Shown here: one piece after another, positions 9,701 through 17,812 of the stretch
Layout of the letters: each line of letters opens with the position of its first letter
Numbering within the stretch: the stretch's first letter is position 1
DNA from: a virus
Taxonomy: Duplodnaviria > Caudoviricetes
Strand: one strand, 5' to 3'
Length of the DNA: 64,000 bases
Virus record (IMG/VR): IMGVR_UViG_3300034175_000069
Notes under the pieces: model-generated
What the model was told of the DNA's origin: nothing
What the model saw: only the letters and a program-made list of their open reading frames with translations
Database searches by the model: none
Program-made: the position numbers and the translations under genes

Positions 9701-12536
9701 CTACGCCGGGGTCAGCGTCGCCACGACGCTGTCCAAGGACGCGGTCACCACCCAGGACGCCTCGCAGCTCAGCCCGACCGCGATGGACAAGCTGGACGGC
9801 CTGAAGCTGGCCGTCGGTCAGTCGGCCTGGGTTGCTGGCAACTCCGTCTTCGTGCGGAACAGCACGGGCGAGTGGTTCTACGCCTACACGGACGGGTCGC
9901 TGGACCTGGCTCCCACGTTCAGCGACGACGCGGACATGGCGGCCTTCTTCGGCAACACCACCGCCCCGGCCCCGGTCAAGGTCATCGTCACCGCCCCGAC
10001 GGCGGCCCCGGCTCCCCCGGCGGCCAACCTCTACGCCGGTCCGGCCATCTCCGGCTGGGCTGCTGAGGGGCTGCCCGACCCCACCGGCTTCGGTCACCTG
10101 GCCAGCTCGGCCGATGCGGTCGGGATGAAGGCGGGCGACTGGCTCTACGTCCAGGGCCTGACCGGCGGCGGCAACAGCGGCCTGTTCATTCAGCTGCACT
10201 CGGACGTGGACCCGGCCACCGGCGGGGACGTGGTCAAGCTCAGCCAGTGGGCGGCCGTGAAGGACGGCCAGGTCCAGCCGATCAAGAAGCCCAGCGGCAC
10301 GCTGGACTTCACCAGCTTCAGCCTGGTCGCGGCGGACTCGATCTACGCGCAGGGCAGTGCGGGCACCGCGCCTGCGCCGACCGTGCCTGCCACCCCCACC
10401 GCGAACGCCCCCATCGCGTCTGTGCCGTCCGCTCCCGAGGCCCCGGCCACTCCGGCCTACCCCGGCGCTCAGAAGCCCTCTCAGGAGGACATCAACGCCT
10501 GGGGCGGGTCGCTGACCAAGGACGGGCACATCCCGACCTCGGGCATGTACGTCACGGGCAAGGGCCCGATGTCGGGCAAGGTCATCTCGGTCTCGAAGGA
10601 CAAGACCAAGGCGGTCGTGCTCACCTCGGACGGGAAGAAGACCACCCGCCTGATCGAGGCCCTGAAGACCGACAAGTCGGCGAACTACAAGGCCTACGCG
10701 GCCCCGGTCACGCTGAAGGACATCCCCGGCGGGATGCCGCTGGCGGTTGACACGCCTGGAGAGGCGCTGGCCAAGACCGCGAAGGACGGGAAGTTCCGGG
10801 CCATCCTCACGGCGGCTCCGGGCGTCAGCGGCGGCCAGATGGTCGTCACGAAGACCACCGGCCCGTCGGGCAAGACCTACAACCGGGTGCACCTGACCCT
10901 GACCCCCGCCCAGCGGGAGCAGCTGGTCGCGTCGCTGGCGGGCTCCGGGGAGAAGGGCGACTGGGTCACCAGCTCCAAGATGTCGCAGGCGGTCGCCGCC
11001 GGTGACCTGCTGCCGATGCGGAAGTCCTCCACGGACAACCCGGACGGGACCCCGCGCTGGAAGGTGGACCCCGCCCAGGTGCCGCCGACCCACGAGGTCA
11101 CCGGCGTGGTGGACGACCCGGCCGCCAGCGGCGTCAAGATCGTCACGCTGAAGGACCGGAACACCGGCGAGGAGATCACCAGCCGGTTCCACCCCGGCAA
11201 GAGCCTGACGGTCTACGCCTGGGACGAGAACAAGCCGAAGAAGATCACCGCCGGTGCCTTCTCGGTCGGCGAGATCGCCAAGGCCCAGGGCTGGTCCCTG
11301 GTCACCGATGGCGGGATCTCGGCGGTCAAGGGCGGTGCGGAGAACGGCTCGCTCTACAACGAGCCCGGCTCGGCCGTGACCAAGAGCGCGCTGGGCCAGG
11401 TCTCGCACAGCTGGAAGACGCTGCGCAACGTCTCGGAGGACGGCGTCGTCATCGAGACGGTGGACCCGAAGGGCAGCAACGGGCACTCGACCACCGGCGT
11501 CACGGTGATCACGCTGCCCGAGGGTGTGGACGAGAAGTCCCTGGGCGCGGCGCTGGCCAAGATGGGGATCGACTACTCCCCGATGACCCAGGACTCGGCC
11601 AAGGACAACGTGCGGGGCGCGCTCCGCACGCTGCTGAGCCTGGACACCCACGACGTGGACACCCCGAAGCACTACACCGACGAGATGCTGTTCTCCCAGG
11701 CCGGGAAGACGATGGGCATCACCGACCTGGGCTGGCAGGACGTGCTGGTCGGGGTGGACGAGTCCACCGGCAAGACCAGCTTCTTCTGGTCGGACCGGGC
11801 GCGGAACGCGCTCGCCGCGAAGGCCAAGTACAACCTGGTCTACCGGGCGGCCACCACGGCCAACGCCGCGCAGATCGTGTCAACCGTGAAGTACGGCTCG
11901 GCCAGTTCGATCCTGAAGAAGACCACCGGGATGCTGGACGGCTCCGGCTCGGTCGGGAACGGTGCCTCGGCCAGCTCGGACAACGCCAACCACGCCGGGC
12001 ACGGGTCCTACGCCTCGGCCAGCACGGTCAACAAGCTGCCCAGCTCCAACGCCTCGGCCAGCTACAAGACCGCCGGGATGATGATCTACCACCGTCCCGA
12101 GGCGGTCCTGGGCCGGATCATGGACTTCCGGGTGGCCAACCACGACGCCTTCGGGATGGGCCACGGCCAGGGTGCCGACCACCTGGCCCACGCCACCTCG
12201 ATGTCCTCGGTGAAGGACTACTTCCTCGGCGGCGGGCTGCCGACGGAGGCGGTCGGCTTCATCGCCGTGCAGAGCGCTGAGGAGCGGCTGAAGGCGATCG
12301 AGCAGCTGAAGAAGGACGGCTTCGAGATGATCAACGGCCGCCCGATCGAGGACATCGTCATCACGAAGCAGAAGGCCGCGACGATGACCCCCGACGACCT
12401 GCCGCCGGTCACGATCCCGGCCAACGCCCGGCCGATCCTGGACCTGCCGGTCTCCTACGACACCGCTGCCCCGGCGGCGAGTGCTCCGGCCGCTGCTGCT
12501 CCCGTCACCGCTACCGCTGGAGATGCTGTCGCATGA
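3774..12536 (+). CDS. 2920-aa multidomain head-associated protein (N-terminal 2H phosphoesterase; HPRxxxGRF motif; PI3/4K/HipA-like kinase fold; repeats; unknown C-terminal domain)
   Basis: HVTL...PHLTL 2H motifs; LHPRAADGRFIDK; YYVK...NE...DAWLGNRD...DN...RIDNGG; GTGA and ATGA overlaps with neighbours; strong GC3 bias. Confidence 0.8.
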   Translation: MSDSPKYTTAIIAAVPAKADPVNDVVIEDAHVTLQFLGEADSLSPEQIKDIQDALALMAPNLYPFPADVAGTAELGPDKAKVLLVQSEPLTKLKELLGTVPAVSTAVAAAEQFPNWIPHLTLAYGDDGTQADGDGIEQVTIGSLELWLAEEHHVYELAKSAPGPVEEDSEVASVIAAGLKSFEEGLHPRAADGRFIDKFGVVKYLSPKGGWEYGKVEGINKDEDSGAIQVTVTPSDLSGKITGAESKVLSPKQLYHAPKAKAHLTIAAPGSKKVGGQGGSNPGGLYTIPVAFPKEGSNGQPEKYYVKQPKTKSHGANEALANDLYAEAGVPVPEVDIGSDGQIYSKIIEGKQDMAAQLNNPEWTDQIQRNFAVDAWLGNRDVFGMTYDNVLTDEHGTAWRIDNGGALLYRAMGEKKTDFGSQVTELDAFRQGKKAKIFGPSMTKAQELDGAERVVAISPSRIEEMVADAGLPKSLADTLKARRQYIANYYGLELPETKKADEAQEGSSAPLVDPADISATKGKARGWFKTTLAQAAFVLQTGDKVEFGDGKRVDPGVDDDGSPLSMIGAAAQLLGWQNEHGANAEIFVYKGKVTAGIPRPSHGQKLATADLADQRWQRGDTITSPLGNDAKILGWNSDTGAVLIQYPNQQPQLLDSKGTNANAGPWTVKRWDPPAQEDLDLSAPESATPEAQAPAPAPTPMVEDVPAPDTVPPTAEDLGIVIPTPGKTGQAAEAETAIKADLDQPLPAGTGAPAPAKTSAKGGAKTMVLGDGTEAAPGAEVVSKKDGKTYKFVKPKGQYSVVTDPNGDDPDKLLLKLASTMTQPGKEPTADAGAIEAPKTATGEIPALGMMAVSKDGHAGEITLISPDGKFVFITDANGVRKRKSTGTVTITSAPQAVDTTPKAAPGPLKDYGAAPDLKAAKEAFPGLDYDPAEDLDAGDMVIVGYADGSFGKEPYTGQPLDSLLQNTGGKVANHGTVKDYTGPISTQQLVQASAVKNNSTTFEVVWGGTIGFTDGTVGPSGGLVIWGVENGMPDPGYAFELPKEGQNVHILGSEENFALALPGGTGFQANDGWTGTASPAPLYGDEAKTPAEWSGQISVGQEISLDGQNWLTVTNVMASDSLQVEDSNGATAYLASSSPATYVLKAPPMKDADAPSPAFDPANDTTPDIPGADETTTTGPPTKKPSELVSGDVVVAFDGTYAIIEQAEKEDGFGGWNLTSLGTFETEWAPSSADLKYQGNIKAGSVDVPIGAFAGQFYPGVNFQPGPDHDMTVVSYPSLQDNGNQKFAVMINGDPENLAIVQVGPGAGADIGPDAVMGVYLAPFQTSAESGVDTGKVNDLFDASVTVDQTPPDHYWAMSDQGIDFGNAQYPIYASGSGGYYRIGPNGGQVWNAAQLEWESSSTTVTGMDKVWDGKPFEGKLKIPEGTSLSLYGAGSADYKPDAGEAVALITLPGTSGALIVSPSGSFSPGSKVYTVKGDGSGVYSPGYNVEDLGPGQITVIHDPFGPVDTGPALVHHQGPLAPTFLANKLNDYGYTPADGETFLIAQMPSGGMSVLTKQSDGTYKKIGYSGLGQKTWTLDEVIEQGNDVGADFYTWTHVPEGENGPTVVAGLPGDYAPFIPGEGQAVLKSTMPNGKVSIYLQQQPGGGWYLMSPDGTIDESSDAIKSNHVVQMKLSGKGSSSQKYELLHPTEGGTKATPDAPPTFSNQSTSFTPAPGQKVVQLLSYEGDDDPWFFVQSTPGGEWAPAPTNPEAGAPLGDSGMQAYLAKSLAAQPGAAGSKYTLVYDGTGSAAAPAVDTEDTPTPDFEGYIPQTGDKVISYAPNGTTDPYFYVQQGGEGPYKMAVGGQLSSSTVMQASEIPTNLGPEFGNDFHQEWPLPETTPAAPAGGGVFDGYQSDPGDNVVSFTGPTGGTTTVVKKDGTWQPIVNGQLEADDAYSQDTMEWAASQSGYTVNVLQGSLKGVPGEGAPLDTGGEHYAGVSVATTLSKDAVTTQDASQLSPTAMDKLDGLKLAVGQSAWVAGNSVFVRNSTGEWFYAYTDGSLDLAPTFSDDADMAAFFGNTTAPAPVKVIVTAPTAAPAPPAANLYAGPAISGWAAEGLPDPTGFGHLASSADAVGMKAGDWLYVQGLTGGGNSGLFIQLHSDVDPATGGDVVKLSQWAAVKDGQVQPIKKPSGTLDFTSFSLVAADSIYAQGSAGTAPAPTVPATPTANAPIASVPSAPEAPATPAYPGAQKPSQEDINAWGGSLTKDGHIPTSGMYVTGKGPMSGKVISVSKDKTKAVVLTSDGKKTTRLIEALKTDKSANYKAYAAPVTLKDIPGGMPLAVDTPGEALAKTAKDGKFRAILTAAPGVSGGQMVVTKTTGPSGKTYNRVHLTLTPAQREQLVASLAGSGEKGDWVTSSKMSQAVAAGDLLPMRKSSTDNPDGTPRWKVDPAQVPPTHEVTGVVDDPAASGVKIVTLKDRNTGEEITSRFHPGKSLTVYAWDENKPKKITAGAFSVGEIAKAQGWSLVTDGGISAVKGGAENGSLYNEPGSAVTKSALGQVSHSWKTLRNVSEDGVVIETVDPKGSNGHSTTGVTVITLPEGVDEKSLGAALAKMGIDYSPMTQDSAKDNVRGALRTLLSLDTHDVDTPKHYTDEMLFSQAGKTMGITDLGWQDVLVGVDESTGKTSFFWSDRARNALAAKAKYNLVYRAATTANAAQIVSTVKYGSASSILKKTTGMLDGSGSVGNGASASSDNANHAGHGSYASASTVNKLPSSNASASYKTAGMMIYHRPEAVLGRIMDFRVANHDAFGMGHGQGADHLAHATSMSSVKDYFLGGGLPTEAVGFIAVQSAEERLKAIEQLKKDGFEMINGRPIEDIVITKQKAATMTPDDLPPVTIPANARPILDLPVSYDTAAPAASAPAAAAPVTATAGDAVA

Positions 12537-13405
12537 CCGCGCCCGTGCAGTTCCCCAACCCCGCGATGGTGGAGACCACCTACCGGGTGACGACCGACCC
12601 GGTCACCGACACCGAGGAGGACCGGGTGCGCCTCCAGCCGGTCGGTGGCCTGGTCGCCGGTCTCGCCGACACCGGCGGCTGGAGCGTCGGCTGGGACGAG
12701 GACGGGGGCGACTACATCTCGGGTGTCATCCTGACCTCGGTGGAGGATCAGGGTGACTGGATCGTGGGCGTCTCGGACAACGGGCAGGCCTTCCGGTTCC
12801 GGGACCTGGACCCCTACGACGCAGTGACGATGTCGGCGGCTGGAGTTCCCCAGCCGCTGTCGGTGGTGCAGGCAGAAGTGATCCGAGGGGGAGTCTTGGC
12901 GAGTCAGCTGGACGCAGTCGTGGCACCGGACAACACGGTGGCCACCCTGATGCTGGAGACGGGTCTGGGCACCTACGTGCGCTACGCCGGGGACTGGCAG
13001 TTGCTCAGCAGCGACACCGGGGCCCTGGAGGACATGAGCCTGGTGGCAGTCGGTGCGGCGGCCCTGGATGTCTGGGACGCCGCTGACGCGGCCAGCCACA
13101 CGATCTCGGTCTTCGACCTCCCGGTGCCCAGCGCTGACGGCCCGGACATCGACCCGACCACGGACGTGGACGTGGAGACCACGGCGGCCATCGCGGCCAG
13201 CGGCGTGCAGATCCCGCAGATCGTCCGGACCGAAGACCTGGACCTCGGCATCCGCTACGCCAACACCCACCCGGCCGCGCGCTGGTACGTCACCAAGCGG
13301 GCTCGCGCGCTCAGCGCCTCCGCTCGGATCCCGGCGCACTGGAACGTGGCTCCAGTGGCCGTGACGCCCCCTTTCTCGATGGCCGGGCGGGAGATGGAGA
13401 TGTAG
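12533..13405 (+). CDS. head-module protein with C-terminal DUF6582-like domain
   Basis: C-terminus IPQIVRTEDLDLGIRYANTHPAARWYVTKRARALSASARIPAHW parallels a domain in the protease. Confidence 0.7.
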   Translation: MTAPVQFPNPAMVETTYRVTTDPVTDTEEDRVRLQPVGGLVAGLADTGGWSVGWDEDGGDYISGVILTSVEDQGDWIVGVSDNGQAFRFRDLDPYDAVTMSAAGVPQPLSVVQAEVIRGGVLASQLDAVVAPDNTVATLMLETGLGTYVRYAGDWQLLSSDTGALEDMSLVAVGAAALDVWDAADAASHTISVFDLPVPSADGPDIDPTTDVDVETTAAIAASGVQIPQIVRTEDLDLGIRYANTHPAARWYVTKRARALSASARIPAHWNVAPVAVTPPFSMAGREMEM

Positions 13406-13491
13406 TCCAGCTGGACTGCCCGGCGGCCATCCGATCGGCCGCTGGACTGTTCGCCGGACTGGCCGCTGCCGGGCAGCGACCACCCGATGGG

Positions 13492-14925
13492 ATGTACCTG
13501 GCCATCGTTGCTGCCGCACGTGTCAACGGGATGCTGCATGATCCTGCTGTGCTGACAGCCGCCAAGTGGCAGGACTGGCTGCACCCGCGCGGCAAGGACG
13601 GGCGCTTCATCGAGAAGCAGAGCTTCGTCAACGTCTTCGCCAGCGAGAACGCGCTGCTGTCCGACCGCACTGCGGTGCGCCGCCGGGCCAAGATCAGCGA
13701 CCTCCGTCCCGAGGGTGCCTACGTCGCCTACCAGGACGTGGAGGGCAACCCGATCCCGTCCGACGACGCGGCTGGCTTCCCCGCGCTGATCCCGGTCGAG
13801 CAGCTGTCCACGAAGGTCTCCACCGCGCCCAAGGCGCTGGCCCACCTCCAGCCCGGCGAGTCCGCGCGCAAGGAGGTCCAGGACGCCCTGGTCCCGGCGA
13901 TGAGCCAGGACGACTACGACGTGAAGATCGCCGAGATCAACGCCCAGATCCACGAGAAGCACCCCGAGCAGGCGGCGATCGTGTCAACCGGCCAGGGGGC
14001 CATCACCGACGCCGAGATGGAGAGCCACCTGGGCTTCATCGCCGAGGTGCACAGCCAGTACCTGGAGGGCGAGGGCCTGGGCTACGACTCGGCCTTCAAG
14101 GACAGCTTCGGCCTGTGGTCGGAGGAGTGGCAGCAGATCTTCGACGCGGTCGTGGACGAGGTCTACGACGAGGTCACGGTCAACCAGTCCAAGCCGAAGA
14201 ACCGCCGCGCCATCATGCTCGGCGGGCTGCCGGGGGCCGGGAAGTCCTCCACCCTGGATGCGATGGCGCAGAGCGGGTCCTTCCGCAAGGACGAGTGGAT
14301 CACGATCAACCCGGACCTGTTCAAGGACAAGATGTTCGAGCGGGGGCTGCACCCGGACATCGAGGGCCTGGCCCCGGCCGAGACGGCCAGCTTCGTGCAC
14401 GCCGCCAGCTCCGAGATGAGCTACATGCTGGAGCAGCTGCTGAGCGTCGAGGGCTACAACCTGATCTTCGACATCACGATGGGCGGCACGGCGCGCGCCG
14501 GGCAGAAGCCGAACTACGAGCAGGTCACCGACCACCTGGGCAACTGGGACTACGTCGTGGACGGCGTCTTCGTGGACGTGGACCCGGGCACCTCCCGGGA
14601 GCGGGTGGCGCTGCGCCACCAGCAGGGCCTGGACGCACTGCGCACGGGGCGCTCCCGGCGGCCGGACGATCCCGAGATCGTCAACGGCGGCCGGGTCGTG
14701 CCGGACTCCGTCATCGCGGACAACATCCTGGACGAGAACGACCCCGACGCCCAGCGCTACAACTCGGCGAACGCCCGGAACTTCGACCAGATGAAGGCCA
14801 CGTTCGTGCGGTGGGCGGAATGGGACAACACCGGCAAGAAGCCGGTCTTCATCGGCGGCAGTGGCACTGGTCCCGATGACACCGAGGGCACCCCCGGCTT
14901 CTATCCCGAGGAGCAGGCCGCATGA
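13492..14925 (+). CDS. zeta-toxin-family P-loop kinase with N-terminal HPRxxxGRF motif
   Basis: MLGGLPGAGKSS Walker A, INPDLFK, HAASS, YNLIFDITM; start may be GTG 13549. Confidence 0.8.
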   Translation: MYLAIVAAARVNGMLHDPAVLTAAKWQDWLHPRGKDGRFIEKQSFVNVFASENALLSDRTAVRRRAKISDLRPEGAYVAYQDVEGNPIPSDDAAGFPALIPVEQLSTKVSTAPKALAHLQPGESARKEVQDALVPAMSQDDYDVKIAEINAQIHEKHPEQAAIVSTGQGAITDAEMESHLGFIAEVHSQYLEGEGLGYDSAFKDSFGLWSEEWQQIFDAVVDEVYDEVTVNQSKPKNRRAIMLGGLPGAGKSSTLDAMAQSGSFRKDEWITINPDLFKDKMFERGLHPDIEGLAPAETASFVHAASSEMSYMLEQLLSVEGYNLIFDITMGGTARAGQKPNYEQVTDHLGNWDYVVDGVFVDVDPGTSRERVALRHQQGLDALRTGRSRRPDDPEIVNGGRVVPDSVIADNILDENDPDAQRYNSANARNFDQMKATFVRWAEWDNTGKKPVFIGGSGTGPDDTEGTPGFYPEEQAA

Positions 14926-15236
14926 CCGCACCCGCAGATCTGACGACCGGTCAGAACGTCCAGCCGGTACGCGATGCCCTGGAGGCGCTGCGCGCTGGCA
15001 CGGGCGACTACGAAGCGGTCAGGAAGGCCGTCGGATTGGCGCGGTTCGCCATTCGGCCGCCGCTGCGCACGCTGGAGGAGATCGGCCGGAACTGGGACTA
15101 CGTCCCGATCCCGGACAGCTTCACGGATACTGTCAGTGTCGCGCGGTGGCAGAAAGTGCTGACGCCTGAGCAGGAGAGGGAGCTGAAGGGCTTGGCCAAG
15201 TTCATCGCTCCCGCACCCCAGGACCAGGAGAGCTGA
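14922..15236 (+). CDS. hypothetical protein downstream of the zeta-like gene
   Basis: ATGA overlap; 104 aa, predicted helical. Confidence 0.7.
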   Translation: MTAPADLTTGQNVQPVRDALEALRAGTGDYEAVRKAVGLARFAIRPPLRTLEEIGRNWDYVPIPDSFTDTVSVARWQKVLTPEQERELKGLAKFIAPAPQDQES

Positions 15237-15238
15237 CC

Positions 15239-17779
15239 ATGCCGCTGATGATGTCGGGGTTCGACCTTCAGCACCGTCCCACCCGGACGATGCGCGAAGC
15301 AGCCCGAGGCTCCAGCGATCCGGTCTCCGCCCTCGTGTCAACCGGCCAGGTCCGGTCGTGGGACCTGCTGACCCTGAAGTCCTCCTCGATCCCCGGAGCT
15401 TCCGACTGGGCCGAGCGCACGCTGGACGCGGTCGTTGCAGCCGCTGCAACGAGTGCGACCAAGCCGCTGGACTGCGCCGACTGCGAGGACGTGGGCTTCT
15501 ACGGCATCGCGGACGCCGAGGACACCGACAAGCTGGTCGGCCTGCTGCGCCGGGTGGGCGAGAACGGCTACGAGCAGCTGGTGGCCGGAGCCTGGCGGCC
15601 TTACGAGACCCGCTACGACCAGCACGTGGAAGTCCTCTCCCGGGACCTGGCCGGAGATCTGGCCGAGGCGTTGACCGCCGGTGCCACCGGCCTGGTCCGC
15701 CGGTACTTCTGGCCGATCGCCTTCCTGCCGCCCGAGCGCCTGATCGCTGCGGGACCAGCACCCGAGGAGGTGCTGAGCACTCCGCCGAAGGCAGCCACCG
15801 AGGACGTGACGGCCGGTCCCGAGGACGGCTGGACCGAGTACGCGATCGTGGACGAGCTGGACACCGGCGCGGTGCTGGAGCTGATCCGGCTGCGTCCGGG
15901 GCCCGAGCTGCTGGCCTACCGCAACGGCAAGTGGGACGAGGCTCCCGAGGTGCTGGCCCAGCTCCAGGGCGTCCAGCCTCCACCCCTGGTTGAGCTTGAC
16001 CAGGCCCAGCTGGACAACGTCCTGGAGCAGATCGGCCAGGGTCAAGGTGAGGCTGAGGGTTCCGAGGACAGCGGGGATCCGGGCGAAGGCCTGGACGAGG
16101 CCGACAAGACCGAGCCGGTCGCGGCGGCCGGGGAGAAGAAGCACACGCTGCCCGAGGGCGCGTTCCCCATCGACAACCGCGACGACCTGAAGAAGGCCGT
16201 CAAGGCGCTCGGCCGGGCGACGAACAAGAACGCCGCGAAGCGGCACATCATCAAGCGGGCCCGGGAGCTGAACGCTGTCGGCGTGCTTCCCGAGGACTGG
16301 GGGATCACGGCCGGAGCGAAGGGCGCGCTGGTCGCTGACGCCCCGCTGACGGTCTCCCCTGACCCGCGCGCCGAGAAGCTGCGCCGCTACTGGACCAGTG
16401 GCAAGGGCGCGGCCAAGATCCGCTGGGGGACGCCGGGCGACTGGACCCGGTGCTACCGCCAGCTGCGCAAGTACATGGGCGTGCGGGCCAAGGGCTACTG
16501 CCAGAACCTGCACAAGCGGGCCACGGGTCAGTGGTCCGGAGCCCGTGGGAACCGGACCGCAGGAGCGGTCGCAGCATCTGGGCGACCCGCTCAGGCCGTG
16601 CTGTCGATAGAAGCTGCGCTGGTCGCAGCGATGTCAACCGGCCGCTGGATCGGCCCGGGAGGAGAGAGCATGACCACGACCCTGAAGGACGGCATCTACG
16701 CCGAGGCAGGCAACGAGGGTGGCCTGCTCCGGACCCTCACCGCTGCGGGGTTCCCCGTGGCACCGCCGGACGACTGGTTCGCTGACCCTCAGCTGGAGGG
16801 TCCGACTCCGCTCACGGTGGACGACGACGGCCGGGTCTACGGCCACATCGCCACCCGGGACGTGGCGCACATCGGCCTGCCCGGCCGGGTGCACGCGCCG
16901 AAGTCCCGCACCGACTACGCCTACTTCAAGACCGGCCAGCTGGTGACCGCCAGCGGCAAGCGGATCAACGTCGGGCAGCTGACCCTGGCTGGCGGCCACG
17001 CGCCCCTCCAGGCCGACGCTGCGGCGGCCGTGGCCCACTACGACAACACGGCCAGCGCGGCGGCCGATGTCAACTGCGGCGACGACAAGTGGGGCATCTG
17101 GGTGGCCGGGTCGATCCGGCCGGAGGTCACCCCGAACCAGCTCCGCGTGCTCCGTGCGAGTGCGCCGTCCGGCGACTGGCGGCCGATCAACGGCAACCTG
17201 GAGCTGGTCGCCTGCTGCCAGGTCAACGTCCCCGGCTTCCCGGTCACCCGGGCGCGCGTGGCCAGCGGCGCGATCATGTCGCTGGTGGCCGCCGGTTCCC
17301 GGCCGCTCTACGCGATGCGCCTGGCCATGCTGGCCGACGCCGCTGTGGCCGAGCGCCTGACCGCGCTGGAGGCCCACGTTTACGGTGTAAGCGACGGCCC
17401 GGACCTGGTGGGCGACGAGTCTGTCGTGGCCGACGGTGAGCCGGTGGACGCCGATGCTTCCGTCACGACCGAAACGGACACCGCCGAGGAGGTCGAGGAG
17501 GAGGAGACTCCGGCCCCCGAGGAGAAGCCCGTCTCCGAGGCTGTCCAGCGTGCTCGCGCGCTGGCCGCCGAGCGCCGGGCGGCTGCCGCTGCCACTGAGG
17601 AGGTCCCGGCCGAGGAGGCTCCGGCCGTCGAGGCCGAGACCCCAGCCGAGGAGAACGTGGCCGAGCTGACCCCCGACGAGCAGGAGCGGGCCGACCGCCT
17701 GGCCGCGCTGCGTGCTCGCGTGCACGGCGGTGACAAGCAGCCGGTCGCCGCGTCCGCAGGTGACCCGGGAAAAGCCTGA
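15239..17779 (+). CDS. capsid maturation protease (multidomain)
   Basis: GRVYGHIA, TGQL, GGHAP, HYDN, DDKWGIWVAG, SGDWRPINGNLELVA, VNVPGFP as in cluster-B-like proteases; acidic low-complexity C-terminal scaffold-like tail. Confidence 0.85.
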   Translation: MPLMMSGFDLQHRPTRTMREAARGSSDPVSALVSTGQVRSWDLLTLKSSSIPGASDWAERTLDAVVAAAATSATKPLDCADCEDVGFYGIADAEDTDKLVGLLRRVGENGYEQLVAGAWRPYETRYDQHVEVLSRDLAGDLAEALTAGATGLVRRYFWPIAFLPPERLIAAGPAPEEVLSTPPKAATEDVTAGPEDGWTEYAIVDELDTGAVLELIRLRPGPELLAYRNGKWDEAPEVLAQLQGVQPPPLVELDQAQLDNVLEQIGQGQGEAEGSEDSGDPGEGLDEADKTEPVAAAGEKKHTLPEGAFPIDNRDDLKKAVKALGRATNKNAAKRHIIKRARELNAVGVLPEDWGITAGAKGALVADAPLTVSPDPRAEKLRRYWTSGKGAAKIRWGTPGDWTRCYRQLRKYMGVRAKGYCQNLHKRATGQWSGARGNRTAGAVAASGRPAQAVLSIEAALVAAMSTGRWIGPGGESMTTTLKDGIYAEAGNEGGLLRTLTAAGFPVAPPDDWFADPQLEGPTPLTVDDDGRVYGHIATRDVAHIGLPGRVHAPKSRTDYAYFKTGQLVTASGKRINVGQLTLAGGHAPLQADAAAAVAHYDNTASAAADVNCGDDKWGIWVAGSIRPEVTPNQLRVLRASAPSGDWRPINGNLELVACCQVNVPGFPVTRARVASGAIMSLVAAGSRPLYAMRLAMLADAAVAERLTALEAHVYGVSDGPDLVGDESVVADGEPVDADASVTTETDTAEEVEEEETPAPEEKPVSEAVQRARALAAERRAAAAATEEVPAEEAPAVEAETPAEENVAELTPDEQERADRLAALRARVHGGDKQPVAASAGDPGKA

Positions 17780-17812
17780 GCCTGGCCCCACGCCAGGCAC
17801 CAGCGCTGCTGG
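17767..17812 (+). other. putative programmed -1 frameshift signal
   Basis: G GGA AAA in the protease frame (17767-17773), 6-nt spacer, 7-bp stem GCCTGGC/GCCAGGC (17780-17798). Confidence 0.7.

Noticed and set aside
4083-11672. Very long minus-strand ORFs (1251 aa, 1164 aa) and similar ones opposite the portal, capsid, tape measure, helicase and PolA
   Set aside because: Shadow frames of high-GC3 coding on the opposite strand; Arg/Gly/Val-biased with no recognisable motifs
13406-13491. CTGGACTG repeats and short palindromes between the 290-aa and zeta genes
   Set aside because: Short, GC-rich and imperfect; compatible with chance or weak mRNA structure
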